A stretch of 64,000 nucleotides of DNA from Trueperaceae bacterium (GCA_040905465.1 JBBDRK010000043.1:32001-96000); one strand, 5' to 3'; positions 9,998 through 20,619 are shown, counted from the stretch's first letter. Numbers and translations are program-made. The notes: generated by a model from the letters alone, not told the origin.

Positions 9998-11290
9998 ATG
10001 AGCGACCAACTCTCAACCCATCTCTCGAGCGTGTGGAGCCACCTGACCCCGATCCGTCCGGTTCGCGGCGAGGGGGTCTATCTGTTCGATGCCGAGGGTC
10101 GGCGCTATACGGACTTCACCTCAGGGATCGGCGTCACCAGCACCGGGCACTGCCACCCGAGAGTGGTGGACGCGATCCGTCGGCAGGCGGCTGAGCTCCT
10201 GTTCAGTCAGGTGAACATCGCGGTGCCGCCGGTCGCGGAGGAGCTGGCGCTGGCCCTGTCGAAGCTCACGCCCGGCTCGATCGACAGGTTCTTCTTCGCC
10301 AATTCCGGGGCGGAGGCGATCGAGGGCGCGCTCAAGCTGGCCCGGCACGCCACCGGGCGCACCAACTTGGTCGTGTTCCAGGGGAGCTTCCACGGGCGCA
10401 CGCATCAGGCGATGGCGATGACCACCTCCAGGACCGCCTACCGGCACCGCTACCAGCCACTGCCGGGTGGCGTGTTCGTGGCGCCGTTCCCGGACGCTCG
10501 GCGGCACGGCGGAAGCGAGGCCGACGCGGTTCACTACTGCCTGGAGCAGCTCGAGCTGATGCTGATAAGCCAAAGCGCTCCCGACGAGACTGCCGCGATG
10601 TTCATAGAGCCGGTCCTGGGCGAGGGCGGCTACCACCCGGCGCCTGCCGCATTTTTGCGCGGGTTACGCGAACTGTGCGACAGGCACGGCATCCTGCTGG
10701 TGTTCGACGAAGTGCAGACCGGATTCGGCCGTACCGGCAAGACGTTCGCCTTCGAACACTCCGGCGTTGCGCCCGACATCCTGGTAATGGCCAAGGGTCT
10801 CGCTAGCGGCCTGCCGGTCTCCGCCGTGGGAGCGAGCGCCGAGCTGATGTCGCGCTGGGAGCCCGGAACGCACGGCGGGACCTACGGCGGCGGCAGCGCG
10901 GTTCCGCTGGCGGCGGCGTTGGCGACCATCGAGACGCTGCTCGACGAGGAGCTGATAGCCAACGCCGCCCGGCAGGGCGAGAGGCTTCGCTCCGGTCTGA
11001 ACGACCTGAAGCGGCGGGTCGCGGGCCACGCCGACGTCCGCGGGCTGGGGCTGATGGTTGCCGTGGAGTTCCGCGACGAGGATGGCGAACCCGACAAGGC
11101 GGCGACCAAGGGCGTTCAACGCGCCTGCCTGGACCAGGGTCTGCTGCTCCTGACCTGCGGCAGCTACGAGAACGTTATCCGCTGGATCCCGCCGTTGGTG
11201 GTGACCGGCGAGCAGATAGACGAGGCATTGGCGGTCTTTGCCGAGGCGTTGAACCGCAACTATCGGTCGGCAGTTGCCGGCGGGGGATGA
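9998..11290 (+). CDS. Class III PLP aminotransferase (4-aminobutyrate aminotransferase-like)
   Basis: NSGAEA, SFHGRT, FDEVQTGFGRTG, MAKG, HGGTYGG. Confidence 0.92.
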   Translation: MSDQLSTHLSSVWSHLTPIRPVRGEGVYLFDAEGRRYTDFTSGIGVTSTGHCHPRVVDAIRRQAAELLFSQVNIAVPPVAEELALALSKLTPGSIDRFFFANSGAEAIEGALKLARHATGRTNLVVFQGSFHGRTHQAMAMTTSRTAYRHRYQPLPGGVFVAPFPDARRHGGSEADAVHYCLEQLELMLISQSAPDETAAMFIEPVLGEGGYHPAPAAFLRGLRELCDRHGILLVFDEVQTGFGRTGKTFAFEHSGVAPDILVMAKGLASGLPVSAVGASAELMSRWEPGTHGGTYGGGSAVPLAAALATIETLLDEELIANAARQGERLRSGLNDLKRRVAGHADVRGLGLMVAVEFRDEDGEPDKAATKGVQRACLDQGLLLLTCGSYENVIRWIPPLVVTGEQIDEALAVFAEALNRNYRSAVAGGG

Positions 11291-11293
11291 GGC

Positions 11294-12766
11294 GTGCTCA
11301 TTAGCCGCGACGTGAACAGCATCGAGCAGGAGTACCGGTTCGAGATGCTGATCGGCGGCGAGTGGCGCCCCGCGGCTTCGCGCGGCAGATGGCGCCTGCT
11401 CGATCCCGGGACCGAGGAGTTGATCCAGGAGGTCCCGTTCGGCGACGCCGAGGATGCCACCGCGGCGGTCGACGCCGCCGCGGCCGCACTGCGCGCCTGG
11501 TCGCGAGCGACACCTTACGATCGTGGCGAAGTCCTGGAGCGCGCCGCCGCCTGGATTCGGCCTCGCGCGGCGGAACTGGCGCGCCTTACCACCGAGGAGT
11601 CCGGCAAACCGCTGGGCGAGTCGAAGGCCGAGTGGCTCTCGGCCTGTAACTATCTCACCTGGTTCGTCGCCGAGGGGGTTCGTGGTTACGGTCGCACTAT
11701 TCCCGCCAGGCAGGGCTCACGGCGCATTCACACCCTGCAGCAGCCGCTCGGGGTGATCGCCAGCATCACAGCCTGGAACTTCCCGGTCTACAACAACGTT
11801 CGCTGCTGGGCGGCCGCCCTCGCCGCTGGTTGCACGGTAGTGGGGCGTCCGTCCGAGTACACGCCGCGCTCGGGGATGCTTCTCGCTCAGGCACTGCACG
11901 AGGGCGGCGCCCCTCCTGGAGTGGTGAATCTCGTGAACGGCGATCCGGAGGCGATGGCGGGGGTATTCCTCGACGACCCGAGAGTGCGCAAGATCCAGTT
12001 CACCGGCTCACCCCGGGTGGGCAGGCTGCTCATGGATGGCGCCTCACGGACGATCACCCGACTTTCGCTCGAGCTGGGCGGCAACGCCCCGGTGCTGGTG
12101 TTCCCGGACGTGGCCGACGTCCACGCCGCCGCCAGGAGCGCAGTCATCTGGAAGTACCGCAATTGCGGTCAGGTCTGCGTGGCACCGCAGCGCTTCCTGG
12201 TGCACCGCGATATCGCCGAACCATTCATGGAGGAAGCGGTGGTCGCATCGAATGGGCTGCGGGTGGGACACGGCCTGGACCGGGGTACGCAGGTAGGTCC
12301 GCTGATCAACGCGCGGCAACGCGACCGTGTCGGCGATCTGATCGCCGCCAGCCGTTCGGCCGGCGCCGAGGTGTTGAGTGGCGGCATAGCGCTGGAGAGG
12401 CCAGGTTACTTTTTCCATCCGACAGTCGTAGCCGGTGCCGGACCGGGCGTTCCGGTGTTCGACGAGGAGATCTTCGGCCCGGTCATGCCGGTGACCGTCT
12501 TCGACGACACCGACGAGGCTCTGGCGCTGGCCAATGGGAGCGAGAACGGGCTCGCCGCGTTCGTGCTGACGCGCGACCTCAACACCGCGATCCGCGTATC
12601 CGAGGAGCTGGAGTTCGGTATGGTCTGCATCAACGACTGGTTGCCGGCAACTCCCGAGGCGCCGTTCGGCGGTGTAAAGGGCAGCGGGTTCGGTCGCGAA
12701 ACCGGGCTCGAGGGGCTGCGCGAGTACCAGGAGACGAAAACGATCTTCACCGGCGGCGTGGAGTAG
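11294..12766 (+). CDS. NAD(P)-dependent aldehyde dehydrogenase (succinate-semialdehyde dehydrogenase-like)
   Basis: TAWNFP, FTGS, LELGGNAP, NCGQVC, EEIFGP, APFGGVKGSG. Confidence 0.92.
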   Translation: MLISRDVNSIEQEYRFEMLIGGEWRPAASRGRWRLLDPGTEELIQEVPFGDAEDATAAVDAAAAALRAWSRATPYDRGEVLERAAAWIRPRAAELARLTTEESGKPLGESKAEWLSACNYLTWFVAEGVRGYGRTIPARQGSRRIHTLQQPLGVIASITAWNFPVYNNVRCWAAALAAGCTVVGRPSEYTPRSGMLLAQALHEGGAPPGVVNLVNGDPEAMAGVFLDDPRVRKIQFTGSPRVGRLLMDGASRTITRLSLELGGNAPVLVFPDVADVHAAARSAVIWKYRNCGQVCVAPQRFLVHRDIAEPFMEEAVVASNGLRVGHGLDRGTQVGPLINARQRDRVGDLIAASRSAGAEVLSGGIALERPGYFFHPTVVAGAGPGVPVFDEEIFGPVMPVTVFDDTDEALALANGSENGLAAFVLTRDLNTAIRVSEELEFGMVCINDWLPATPEAPFGGVKGSGFGRETGLEGLREYQETKTIFTGGVE

Positions 12767-12798
12767 GCCGACGGATGGACTCAAAAGGAGGAGAAACG

Positions 12799-13383
12799 AT
12801 GGTAGACACCTCGTCGACGATGATGCCGTTGAACAGCCCGGCACCGCAGTTCTCGCTCATCGATGTGACCGGCGGGCAGGAAGTGCGGTCGACCGACTTC
12901 GAAGGGAGTCGAGGACTGCTGGTGATGTTCCTGTCGCGCCACTGTCCGTTCGTGAAACACGTGCAGCGGAAGGTGGCCGAACTGTGCAACTCCTATCTGG
13001 ACCGGGGGCTCGGCGTCGTTGCCATCTGCGCCAACGATGTCGAGCGCTACCCCGGAGACTCGCCGGATAACCTTCGCGAGCAGGCAGCAGAGCTCGGCTT
13101 TCGCTTCCCTTACCTGCACGACGAGTCGCAGGAGTGCGCGCGGGCCTACCGCGCGGCCTGTACCCCGGACTTTTTTCTGTTCGACGGCAGGCTCCGGTTG
13201 ACCTACCGCGGGCAGTTCGACAGCAGCCGGCCCGGCAACGACATCGAGGTGAGTGGCGAGGATCTGAACGCGGCGGTCGACGCCGTGCTGGCAGGGCGCG
13301 CCGGACCGGCCGATCAAAGGCCCAGTATGGGTTGCAACATCAAGTGGAAGCCGGGAAACGAACCGGAGTACTTTCTGACCTGA
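12799..13383 (+). CDS. Thioredoxin-like (AhpC/TSA-type) protein
   Basis: AAGGAGG RBS; SRHCPFV, AACTPDFFLFD, YRGQFD, PSMGCNIKW. Confidence 0.9.
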   Translation: MVDTSSTMMPLNSPAPQFSLIDVTGGQEVRSTDFEGSRGLLVMFLSRHCPFVKHVQRKVAELCNSYLDRGLGVVAICANDVERYPGDSPDNLREQAAELGFRFPYLHDESQECARAYRAACTPDFFLFDGRLRLTYRGQFDSSRPGNDIEVSGEDLNAAVDAVLAGRAGPADQRPSMGCNIKWKPGNEPEYFLT

Positions 13384-13424
13384 CCGCGCCGGGGCGGGCG
13401 TGCTCCGTTGGTTATCCTGCAACC

Positions 13425-13856
13425 ATGCTCAGCGATGAGAGTGTCCGGCTTGCCGTCGACGACGACGAGATCAATGCCTGCTTTCCGGTGATGAGGGAGT
13501 TGCGCACGCATCTCGACAAAGGGTCCTTCCTCTCTCGAGTGCGCACTCAGGAAAAGCAAGGGTACAGGCTCGCCTACGTCCGTAGAGATGGAGAGTGCGT
13601 GGCCGTGGCCGGCTTTCGAATTATCGAGAACCTCGCCTACGGGCGCTTGCTGTACGTGGACGACCTGGTTACCTCCGCTGCCCGGCGATCCACGGGCGTC
13701 GGGTCGGTGCTAATCGAATGGCTCGAAACCCATGCCCGGGAGCACGGCTGCGAGAGGTTGCATCTGGACTCGGGTACCCAGAGGACAGCTGCCCACCGGT
13801 TCTACATTCGTGGAGGGCTGGAGATAGTCAACTTCCACTTCGCAAAGAGGATTTGA
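13425..13856 (+). CDS. GNAT acetyltransferase
   Basis: LYVDDLVT, RRSTGVG, LDSGTQRTAAHRFY; TATCCT 6 nt before ATG. Confidence 0.9.
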   Translation: MLSDESVRLAVDDDEINACFPVMRELRTHLDKGSFLSRVRTQEKQGYRLAYVRRDGECVAVAGFRIIENLAYGRLLYVDDLVTSAARRSTGVGSVLIEWLETHAREHGCERLHLDSGTQRTAAHRFYIRGGLEIVNFHFAKRI

Positions 13857-13867
13857 AAGAGGATTTG
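13844..13867 (+). repeat. 12-bp tandem duplication at the GNAT stop codon
   Basis: AAAGAGGATTTG AAAGAGGATTTG. Confidence 0.85.
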
Positions 13868-13936
13868 ACGGCGCGACAGCGTAAACGCCGGTAACGCCTT
13901 GGTCTGCCGCTGTTGAGCCACAACCTCGATCGGCGC

Positions 13937-14500
13937 TCAGGCGGCGTTCTCACCGCTCTTTGCGGCCACCCAGTCGATGCCGATTCCGGCCGCCGCCCGC
14001 AGCCGATCTGCGAGTTGCGCGGCGTGATGCTGCACGTGGCGCACGTTGATGATCTGGTGCTCGAGCTTCGAAAGTCGGTACCAATGGAAGCCACTGGTGG
14101 GGCTGTTCAGGTCCAGCGCATCGACGGCCCTATCCACCATCTGGTCGCAGTGGCGCCAGTACTCCAGCACCTGCTCGCGACTGTACGGTTCGGGCATCAA
14201 CGGCAGAGGGCTGTCCGGATCCGGCGGGCCCGATATGCCGTCCTCGTGTTGGACCTCGGACTGGTGCTGCTCCCAGGGGCGAAACGCCTCTTCGCTCTCC
14301 TGCAGGTACAGGTGGGTGAAGTACAAGGTGTGATACGCCACCTGCCAGAAAGCGTTCAAGTGCTCCCTGCCGTACCACGTGTCGTCCGGGCACAGCTCGA
14401 TGGCCTCCCTGAGCATCTCCAGCGACGCATGATACTGGCTCTTCAGCACGGTTCGGAACGAGTCCGCGGTGAAACCACGCGATAGTTCTTGCCTGCTCAT
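13937..14500 (-). CDS. DinB family protein
   Basis: FWQVAYHTL...NVRHVQHHAAQL His pattern; AAGGAG RBS. Confidence 0.82.
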   Translation of the reverse strand: MSRQELSRGFTADSFRTVLKSQYHASLEMLREAIELCPDDTWYGREHLNAFWQVAYHTLYFTHLYLQESEEAFRPWEQHQSEVQHEDGISGPPDPDSPLPLMPEPYSREQVLEYWRHCDQMVDRAVDALDLNSPTSGFHWYRLSKLEHQIINVRHVQHHAAQLADRLRAAAGIGIDWVAAKSGENAA

Positions 14501-14552
14501 GGCACACTCCTTATCGGCCTGCTTCGGCACTTCCGGGTGGACGTCGGCGATT

Positions 14553-15452
14553 TTACCGTCCCAGGCTGCTCGAGCGCCGCGGGTCGAAGGCGTCGCGTAG
14601 CCCGTCGCCGATCGCGTTCACCGAGATCACGGTAAGGAAGATCATCAGGCCCGGAAAGACCGCCAGCAGCGGCTGCCGGGTCATATACGTCTGGGCGTCC
14701 TTGAGCATGTTGCCCCAGGTCGCGGTGGGCGGCTGGATACCGAAGCCGAGGTACGACAGCCCCGACTCGGCGATGATGGCTACGGCAACCTGCAGGGTCG
14801 CCTGAACCAGGAGCGGACCGATGGCGTTCGGGAGGATGTGACGCGCCATCAATCGGCCGTGACGTGCTCCGTAGGCGCGGGCGGCCTCCACGAACTCGCG
14901 CTCGCGTATTGCCAGGAAGCTCGAGCGGACGATCCGCGCGACAGTCATCCAGGAGAGCACCGCGATGATGACGACAATCAGCAGCATGCCTCCGAATGCG
15001 TTCAGGAGCGGATGCCCGATCAGCAGAGTGGAGAGCACTATCAGCACGAACAGCGATGGCAGGCTCAGGAACAGGTCGGTCGGGCGCATGAGGAGGCTGT
15101 CGACCCAGCCGCCGAAGTAGCCTGCCATTCCGCCGATCAGAGTCCCTACGGCGATTGCCAGCCCCATGGCCAGCCCGCCGACCGCCAGCGAGACGCGTCC
15201 GCCGAAAAGCACTCTGGTGAGTACGTCGCGGCCGAGATCGTCGGTGCCGAACGGGTGACTGAGGCTCGGGGGCTCGAAGCGCTTCCGTAGGGAGATGCCG
15301 TCGGGATCGTATGGCGAGAAGTGCGCGAAGGTTACCGCCAGGAGGATCAGCGTGAGCGTTGCAAGTCCCGCCAGCGCCAACCGGTTGCGCACGAAGGCCC
15401 GGGCGGAGCGCGGCAGCCGGGGCGGTCCCGGTCGTTGGGCAACGCTAGTCAT
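14553..15452 (-). CDS. Dpp/Opp ABC permease (C-type)
   Basis: HPFGTDDLGRD, EFVEAARAYGA, LSYLGFGIQPP. Confidence 0.93.
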   Translation of the reverse strand: MTSVAQRPGPPRLPRSARAFVRNRLALAGLATLTLILLAVTFAHFSPYDPDGISLRKRFEPPSLSHPFGTDDLGRDVLTRVLFGGRVSLAVGGLAMGLAIAVGTLIGGMAGYFGGWVDSLLMRPTDLFLSLPSLFVLIVLSTLLIGHPLLNAFGGMLLIVVIIAVLSWMTVARIVRSSFLAIREREFVEAARAYGARHGRLMARHILPNAIGPLLVQATLQVAVAIIAESGLSYLGFGIQPPTATWGNMLKDAQTYMTRQPLLAVFPGLMIFLTVISVNAIGDGLRDAFDPRRSSSLGR

Positions 15453-16419
15453 AACGGATCCGGGGATCGAGATAGGCGTAGGCGAGGTCGGCCAGAAGAT
15501 TCGACAGCACGATGAGAGCCGAGGTGAGCATCACTACCGCCATCAGGATCGGGTAGTCGCGCCGCAACGCCGACTGGTAGAAGAGCCGCCCCATTCCTGG
15601 CCAGGAGAAGATCGTCTCCGTGAACAGGGCGCCCGAGAAGATCATCGGCAGGTCCAGGCCGATGAGCGTGACGAGCGGGAGCGAGGCGTTCTTGAGGGCG
15701 TGACGGTAGACGACTGCCCTTTCCGGCAGGCCTTTGGCTCGAGCCGTGCGAACGTAGTCCTGCGACAGTGTCTCGAGCATCGAACCGCGCAGGAAGCGGG
15801 TGTACCAGGCTACCCAGCTTCCGGTGAGCATGGTGACGGGCAGTACCAGGTGCCAGGCGCGATTCACCAGAGAACGCTCGCGATCGATGTCGAACATGCC
15901 GGCGGCGGGGAAGAGCGGTCCTCCCGTGAACGGGTTCGACAGTGCCAGGTAGAAGACCAGGATCAGCAGCAAACCGAACCAGAAGATCGGGATCGACTGG
16001 CCCATGAAAGCCAGGGTGGTGACCACCTGGTCGAAGGTCGAGTACGGGCGTACCGCGCTCAATACCCCCACCGGAATTGCGACGAGCAGCGTCACGGCGA
16101 ACGCGATTCCCACCAGGAGCGCGGTATTGGGCAAGCGGTCGATGATCTCCGTCATCACGGGCCGGCCAGTCTGCAGAGAGGTCCCGAAGTCCCCGCGAAG
16201 GACGGCGCCGGCCCACCTTCCGTATTGCACAAGCCAGGGATCGTCGAGGCCTCGCTCGGCCGCCCTGCGGGTGATGTCCTCGGGCCGAATCGTGGGGTCA
16301 CGTTCCAGTTGCGACAGCGGATTGCCGGGACTCGCCTGGAGGAGCGCGTACACCAGCAGACTCAGCAGCAACAGCAGCGGCAGTGCCTCGAGGATTCGCC
16401 GGGTCAGGTAGCGACCCAT
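15445..16419 (-). CDS. Dpp/Opp ABC permease (B-type)
   Basis: DYVRTARAKGL, HALKNA, FSWPGMG, DPRIRY. Confidence 0.93.
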   Translation of the reverse strand: MGRYLTRRILEALPLLLLLSLLVYALLQASPGNPLSQLERDPTIRPEDITRRAAERGLDDPWLVQYGRWAGAVLRGDFGTSLQTGRPVMTEIIDRLPNTALLVGIAFAVTLLVAIPVGVLSAVRPYSTFDQVVTTLAFMGQSIPIFWFGLLLILVFYLALSNPFTGGPLFPAAGMFDIDRERSLVNRAWHLVLPVTMLTGSWVAWYTRFLRGSMLETLSQDYVRTARAKGLPERAVVYRHALKNASLPLVTLIGLDLPMIFSGALFTETIFSWPGMGRLFYQSALRRDYPILMAVVMLTSALIVLSNLLADLAYAYLDPRIRYD

Positions 16420-16465
16420 TCGCCCCTTGCCTCCGCATCGCCCAAAGGCGCCGTCGCCACAGAGG

Positions 16466-16493
16466 CAGGGGCAGGCCGCGAAGCCTGCCCCTG
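16466..16493 (-). terminator. Stem-loop after substrate-binding gene (attenuating or stabilising)
   Basis: CAGGGGCAGGC-6 nt-GCCTGCCCCTG perfect 11-bp stem. Confidence 0.65.
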
Positions 16494-16513
16494 TGACTGC
16501 AGTTTCGGTTCGC

Positions 16514-18180
16514 TTACTCCAGCCACCAGTTCTCGATATCCCAGCTGATCCCGGCCCAGGTACTTGGCGTCACGCCCTGGAGGCGGTTGGCGAGCGTGTG
16601 ACCATCCTGGAACTGGTAGAGGTAGACCTGCGGAAGCTCCTCGTTCACCAGTTCCGCCACTTCGCAGTACGCTGCCCGGCGCTCGTTGAGCGAAGGCTCG
16701 CCGGCAGCCGCGGACAGCAACTCGTCGGTCCGGTCGTTTGCCCAGCGGCTGTAGTTGCCGCCTGCGCCAGCGTTCTCTTCGCTGGGAATGCGGCTCGAGT
16801 GAAGCAGGTCGAACACGTGGATCTGCGGGTTGATGCCGGCGCCGGTGTCGTAGATGAGGATGTCGAAGTCACCGATCTTGCGCGCCGCGCGGTCCGACCA
16901 GCCGCCGAACAGGACGCTCTGCTCGACATTGCGCACCTCGATGTCGAAGCCGATGTCGGCGAGCAGGTCGGCGATTACCAGCTCGGTCTGCTCCAGCAGG
17001 CGGAAGTCGGTGTAGCCGACCATCTCGAGCCGCAGCGGGGTACCGTCGGGGGCGTACGGCGCACCCACTGCGCACCCACTGCCTCGCGTACGCCGTCGCC
17101 GTCGGTGTCCACCCAGCCGGCCTCATCGAGCAGCGCTCGCGCCCGCTCCGGGTCGAACGCATAACCCTCCGTTCCGCAGTCGTACCAGCCGAGCGCAAAC
17201 GGGCTGGTGGCACGCTTCACCCGACCCTCGGCCAATTCTTCGGTGAGGAGGTCGTAGTCGATTCCGTGGGCTATCGCCTGACGGACACGTTGGTCACCGA
17301 GGACGGGATGCGGGTCCTGGCCGGTGGTCGGGTTGCCGCGTTCGCCAAGGTTGAGGAACATGCGCAGTACCCAGATAGAGGGAACCAGTTCGTAGCGGGT
17401 CTGCGGCGACTCCTGAAAGATCTCGCGCTGGGTGGCGCTCGGCCACAGCATCCGCTGTGCGTCTCCCCGGGTCATCATGGCCGCTCTGGTGTCTTCGCTC
17501 GGTACCACCTGGAAGACCACGCGGTCGAGGTACGCCTCTCCGTGATAGTTCTCGTTTCGCGTCAGGACGATCCTGTCGCCGGTGCTCCAGCTCTGCAAGG
17601 CGAACGGTCCCGTACCCACGGGCTCGCGATTGAATTCCCAGTTGGCGATCTCTTCCGGTGCGCCGGCGGCGTGCCTAGGCAGGATTCCCCATTGGAACTG
17701 GTCGAAATAGGATGAGTCGAACTCGGAGTAGCGCACCTGCACCGTCGTATCGTCGATGGCCTCGACCGAGACCACTCGCTCGAAAGCTCCGGAGCGGACG
17801 GATCCCGTGGCGGTGGCCGACTCGTAGGTGAAGACCACGTCGTCGGCGGTCACCGGTTCGCCATCCGACCAAAGCAGGCCGTCGCGAAGCCGCCAGGTAA
17901 TAAGCAGGCCCTCCTCGCCTATGCCGCCGTTGTCGCGAGTCGGAATCTCGGAAACCAGCACCGGTTGGTACTGACCGTCGGCGTCTACCTCCACCAGCGG
18001 TTCGATGATGGCCGGCGTGACCTGAAGCGCGATGAAGGCGGTCGACACGTAAGGGTTCAGCGTCGGCAGATCCTCAGGCAGCAGCACCGTGGCGGTGCCG
18101 CCCTATTGCTGGGCCAGCGATGTGCCGGTGAAGGCGATAGTCGAAGCGACGAGGGCGAGACGTACGGCTAAACGACGCAT
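16514..18180 (-). pseudogene. Family 5 ABC substrate-binding protein with two lesions
   Basis: Signal peptide MRRLAVRLALVASTIAFTGTSLAQQ, in-frame TAG at 18103-18105, then an 11-bp duplication (17060-17081) that shifts frame; PVGTGPF and RVRQAI motifs. Confidence 0.88.
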
Positions 18181-18193
18181 ATGTTCCCCTTCC

Positions 18194-19261
18194 CTAAACC
18201 GGGTCGCACGAAACCTCGATCCTTGATTCCGAAGCGTTCAGCCGGGAAACCCGACATCTTGTTGGAGTATCGGCGAACACGGCGCTCTCTCCTTTCGCCA
18301 ACGAGCTGGAGAAGTGCTCTTCGAGGTGCGAGCTGATTTCGTAGCGAAAGGCCCAGTCCTTCAAGCGGTCTCGCAATCCGGGTGCCCCATCCTCCTGCGC
18401 CCAACTGGGCAGGACTGTCGTCAGATGAGTGCACTTGGCGGGATAGAGATACGACTCGAACGTGATGTCGTCCCCGTCTGCCAGCATCGCTTCGCTAAGA
18501 TCATCGACAACCTCATGGGATACGTGAACAGGTATCTCCGCCCGCCGTGAAACTTCCAAGGTTTCCCGCCAGGCCCCCTCGCGACCTAAGCGGTTGTAAC
18601 GGATGTGGGCGGCATAGATCCCGCCCATCTCCCTGGTCGTTTTCGCCAGTTCGATGAGCTCATCGGTGGTGGCGAACGCGCTCGGCTGGTAGTCGAGGCC
18701 GAGACACAGGGAGACGGCGCCAGCATCCATCCATTGAGCGACCAGTTCCTTCATACGTTCGAGCTCGGAAGATGTCGGGCCGCGATTGTCCCAACCCACG
18801 GTCGCGGTACGCAGGGCGCAGTGCGGAACCTGAGGAACCAGATTGCCCGGGATTCCGCGGTCGAAGAGGCTCAGGTAGCTCTCTACGGTAGGGAACTCGG
18901 ACCGGGGCTGTCGCATGCCGACGGAGAAGTACAGCGTGTCCCACAGGGCGGCTGCGTCGGCACTGCCGAGTGGAGCCCAACCGAATCCGTCCGGGGCCAT
19001 TAGTTGCGTTGTCACTCCTTGCAGCAAGCCGGCGTGGCGGTGCTTGCCGCCCAACAGGGCGATCTCGGAATGTACATGCACATCGATGAACCCGGGAGCT
19101 ATGGTCAGGCCCGAGGCGTCGATCACTCTTGCGGCCGCGGCGTTCGCCAGATCCCCTACCGCCTGTATACGGCCACCGTTGATGCCCACATCGGCCCTTT
19201 CGGGGCGGTCGTGCCGTTCACCGCCGACTACCTCGCCACCTTGAATGAGAACGTCGAACAT
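18194..19261 (-). pseudogene. N-acyl-D-amino-acid deacylase (amidohydrolase), internally deleted and 3' truncated
   Basis: APGFIDVHVHSE, GVTT, YAAHIR, VHVSH; jumps near 18260 to out-of-frame KMSGFPAERFGIKDRGFVRPG, then directly to the RBS of the next gene. Confidence 0.8.
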
Positions 19262-19366
19262 CAGGTTATCTCCGGTCGACCTCGGCGAAGTGGGCCCGCA
19301 TGGCGTGCCGGCCGCACCCTCACCCCAAACAGCTTGCGTCCGCCCAGCCAGGTACTGCCTGTTCCC

Positions 19367-20047
19367 CTACCGCCGCTCGCGCGGCTCGCCACCGGCCGCG
19401 ATCGCCGACATCAGTATGGAGGCGCGCTCCCCGACATTTCCCCGACGGAACAGGGCGCTTCCCGTCACGAAAACCTCGGCACCGCTCTCTGCCAGCTCCG
19501 CTATGTTGCTTTCGTCGACGCCGCCGTCAACCGAGATCAGGAACTCGGCACCTCGGGCTCGCCTCATCTCGGCGGCTCGTCTGACCTTCGACACGGCATT
19601 GGGGATGAAGGATGCGCCGCCGTAGCCAGGATTGACGCTCATTATGAGCAGGACGTCGATTGCCTCGACCAATTCCGCTATCGCTTCTACCGGTGTAGCG
19701 GGATTGATCGCGAGTCCGGCCTTCCGGCCCGCCTGACGGATTTTGGTCAAGTGCCTATGGTGGTGTTGGCCGGCCTCCATATGGATGGTCACCCAGTCCG
19801 CACCAGCGTCGATGTAGGTGTCGATGTAGTATTGCGGCTCCGTCAGCATCAGATGGACGTCGAACACGGCGTTTGTGAGGGGTCGGAGCGCTGCTGCCGT
19901 GTCGGGCCCAAAGGCGATGTTGGGGACGAAGTGTCCGTCCATTGCATCTATGTGGAAGTGGTCGATGCCTTCATCGAGTGCGGCACGGAGATCCCGTTCG
20001 AGATTGAGCGGATCGGCGCCCAGCAGCGACGCAGCCAAACGCTTCAA
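19367..20047 (-). CDS. rpe: Ribulose-phosphate 3-epimerase family (copy 1)
   Basis: HIDAMDGHFVPN, DVHLM, MSVNPG, SVDGG; TTG start. Confidence 0.9.
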   Translation of the reverse strand: MKRLAASLLGADPLNLERDLRAALDEGIDHFHIDAMDGHFVPNIAFGPDTAAALRPLTNAVFDVHLMLTEPQYYIDTYIDAGADWVTIHMEAGQHHHRHLTKIRQAGRKAGLAINPATPVEAIAELVEAIDVLLIMSVNPGYGGASFIPNAVSKVRRAAEMRRARGAEFLISVDGGVDESNIAELAESGAEVFVTGSALFRRGNVGERASILMSAIAAGGEPRERR

Positions 20048-20619
20048 GGTCTCCGCCGGCCTTCCGTGCCAAGTCGGTCGCGCCGCCGTTCAACCGTGCC
20101 GTGCCGGCCGGAGTTCAGGCGAAACGAGCAAGTTCGTACGCTTGCGATCATGAACTGTGCACCTCCTCGCCTTTGCCCTCGAGTCACACAATCCCCTATT
20201 CGGAGAGAGCGGACCGCTGTCCCAGTCGCAGTGTACACTTCTCCGCTCGCCGCCCTCGAACCGGCATCCCCTCAAGGGTCGGCGGCCGAGGGGCGAGGCG
20301 GCCTGTTGCACCTGCCAGGGCCCACGAGTTGATTGCGTCGACTTCGGCATGCTCGGATGTGATCATCTGTGCACAGGCGAACCGACGCGGTTTCTTCCGG
20401 TGGAGTTGTGGGCCAACATGAACTTTCGTTACGTCACTCGTATCCCGCACCGTTCGACCGAGTGTTGTGGATTTGCATTGGCTGGCGTGCAGGACAGGAA
20501 CAACCTGCGTCACGTGCCTCTCGCCGAACCGTTCGGACGGTGGCAGGCCAGCTCCCCCAAGGCAGCCACGGTGGCTGTTTCGAGCGTTCCTCGGCGCCTC
20601 CGAGGGCGAAGGGCATCTG

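Noticed and set aside
11830-12798. Long N-terminal extension of the thioredoxin-like ORF
   Set aside because: Overlaps the aldehyde dehydrogenase in another frame; a strong RBS supports the start at 12799
18103-18105. TAG as pyrrolysine or programmed readthrough
   Set aside because: The same gene has a separate frameshift, and no pyl genes are in the window
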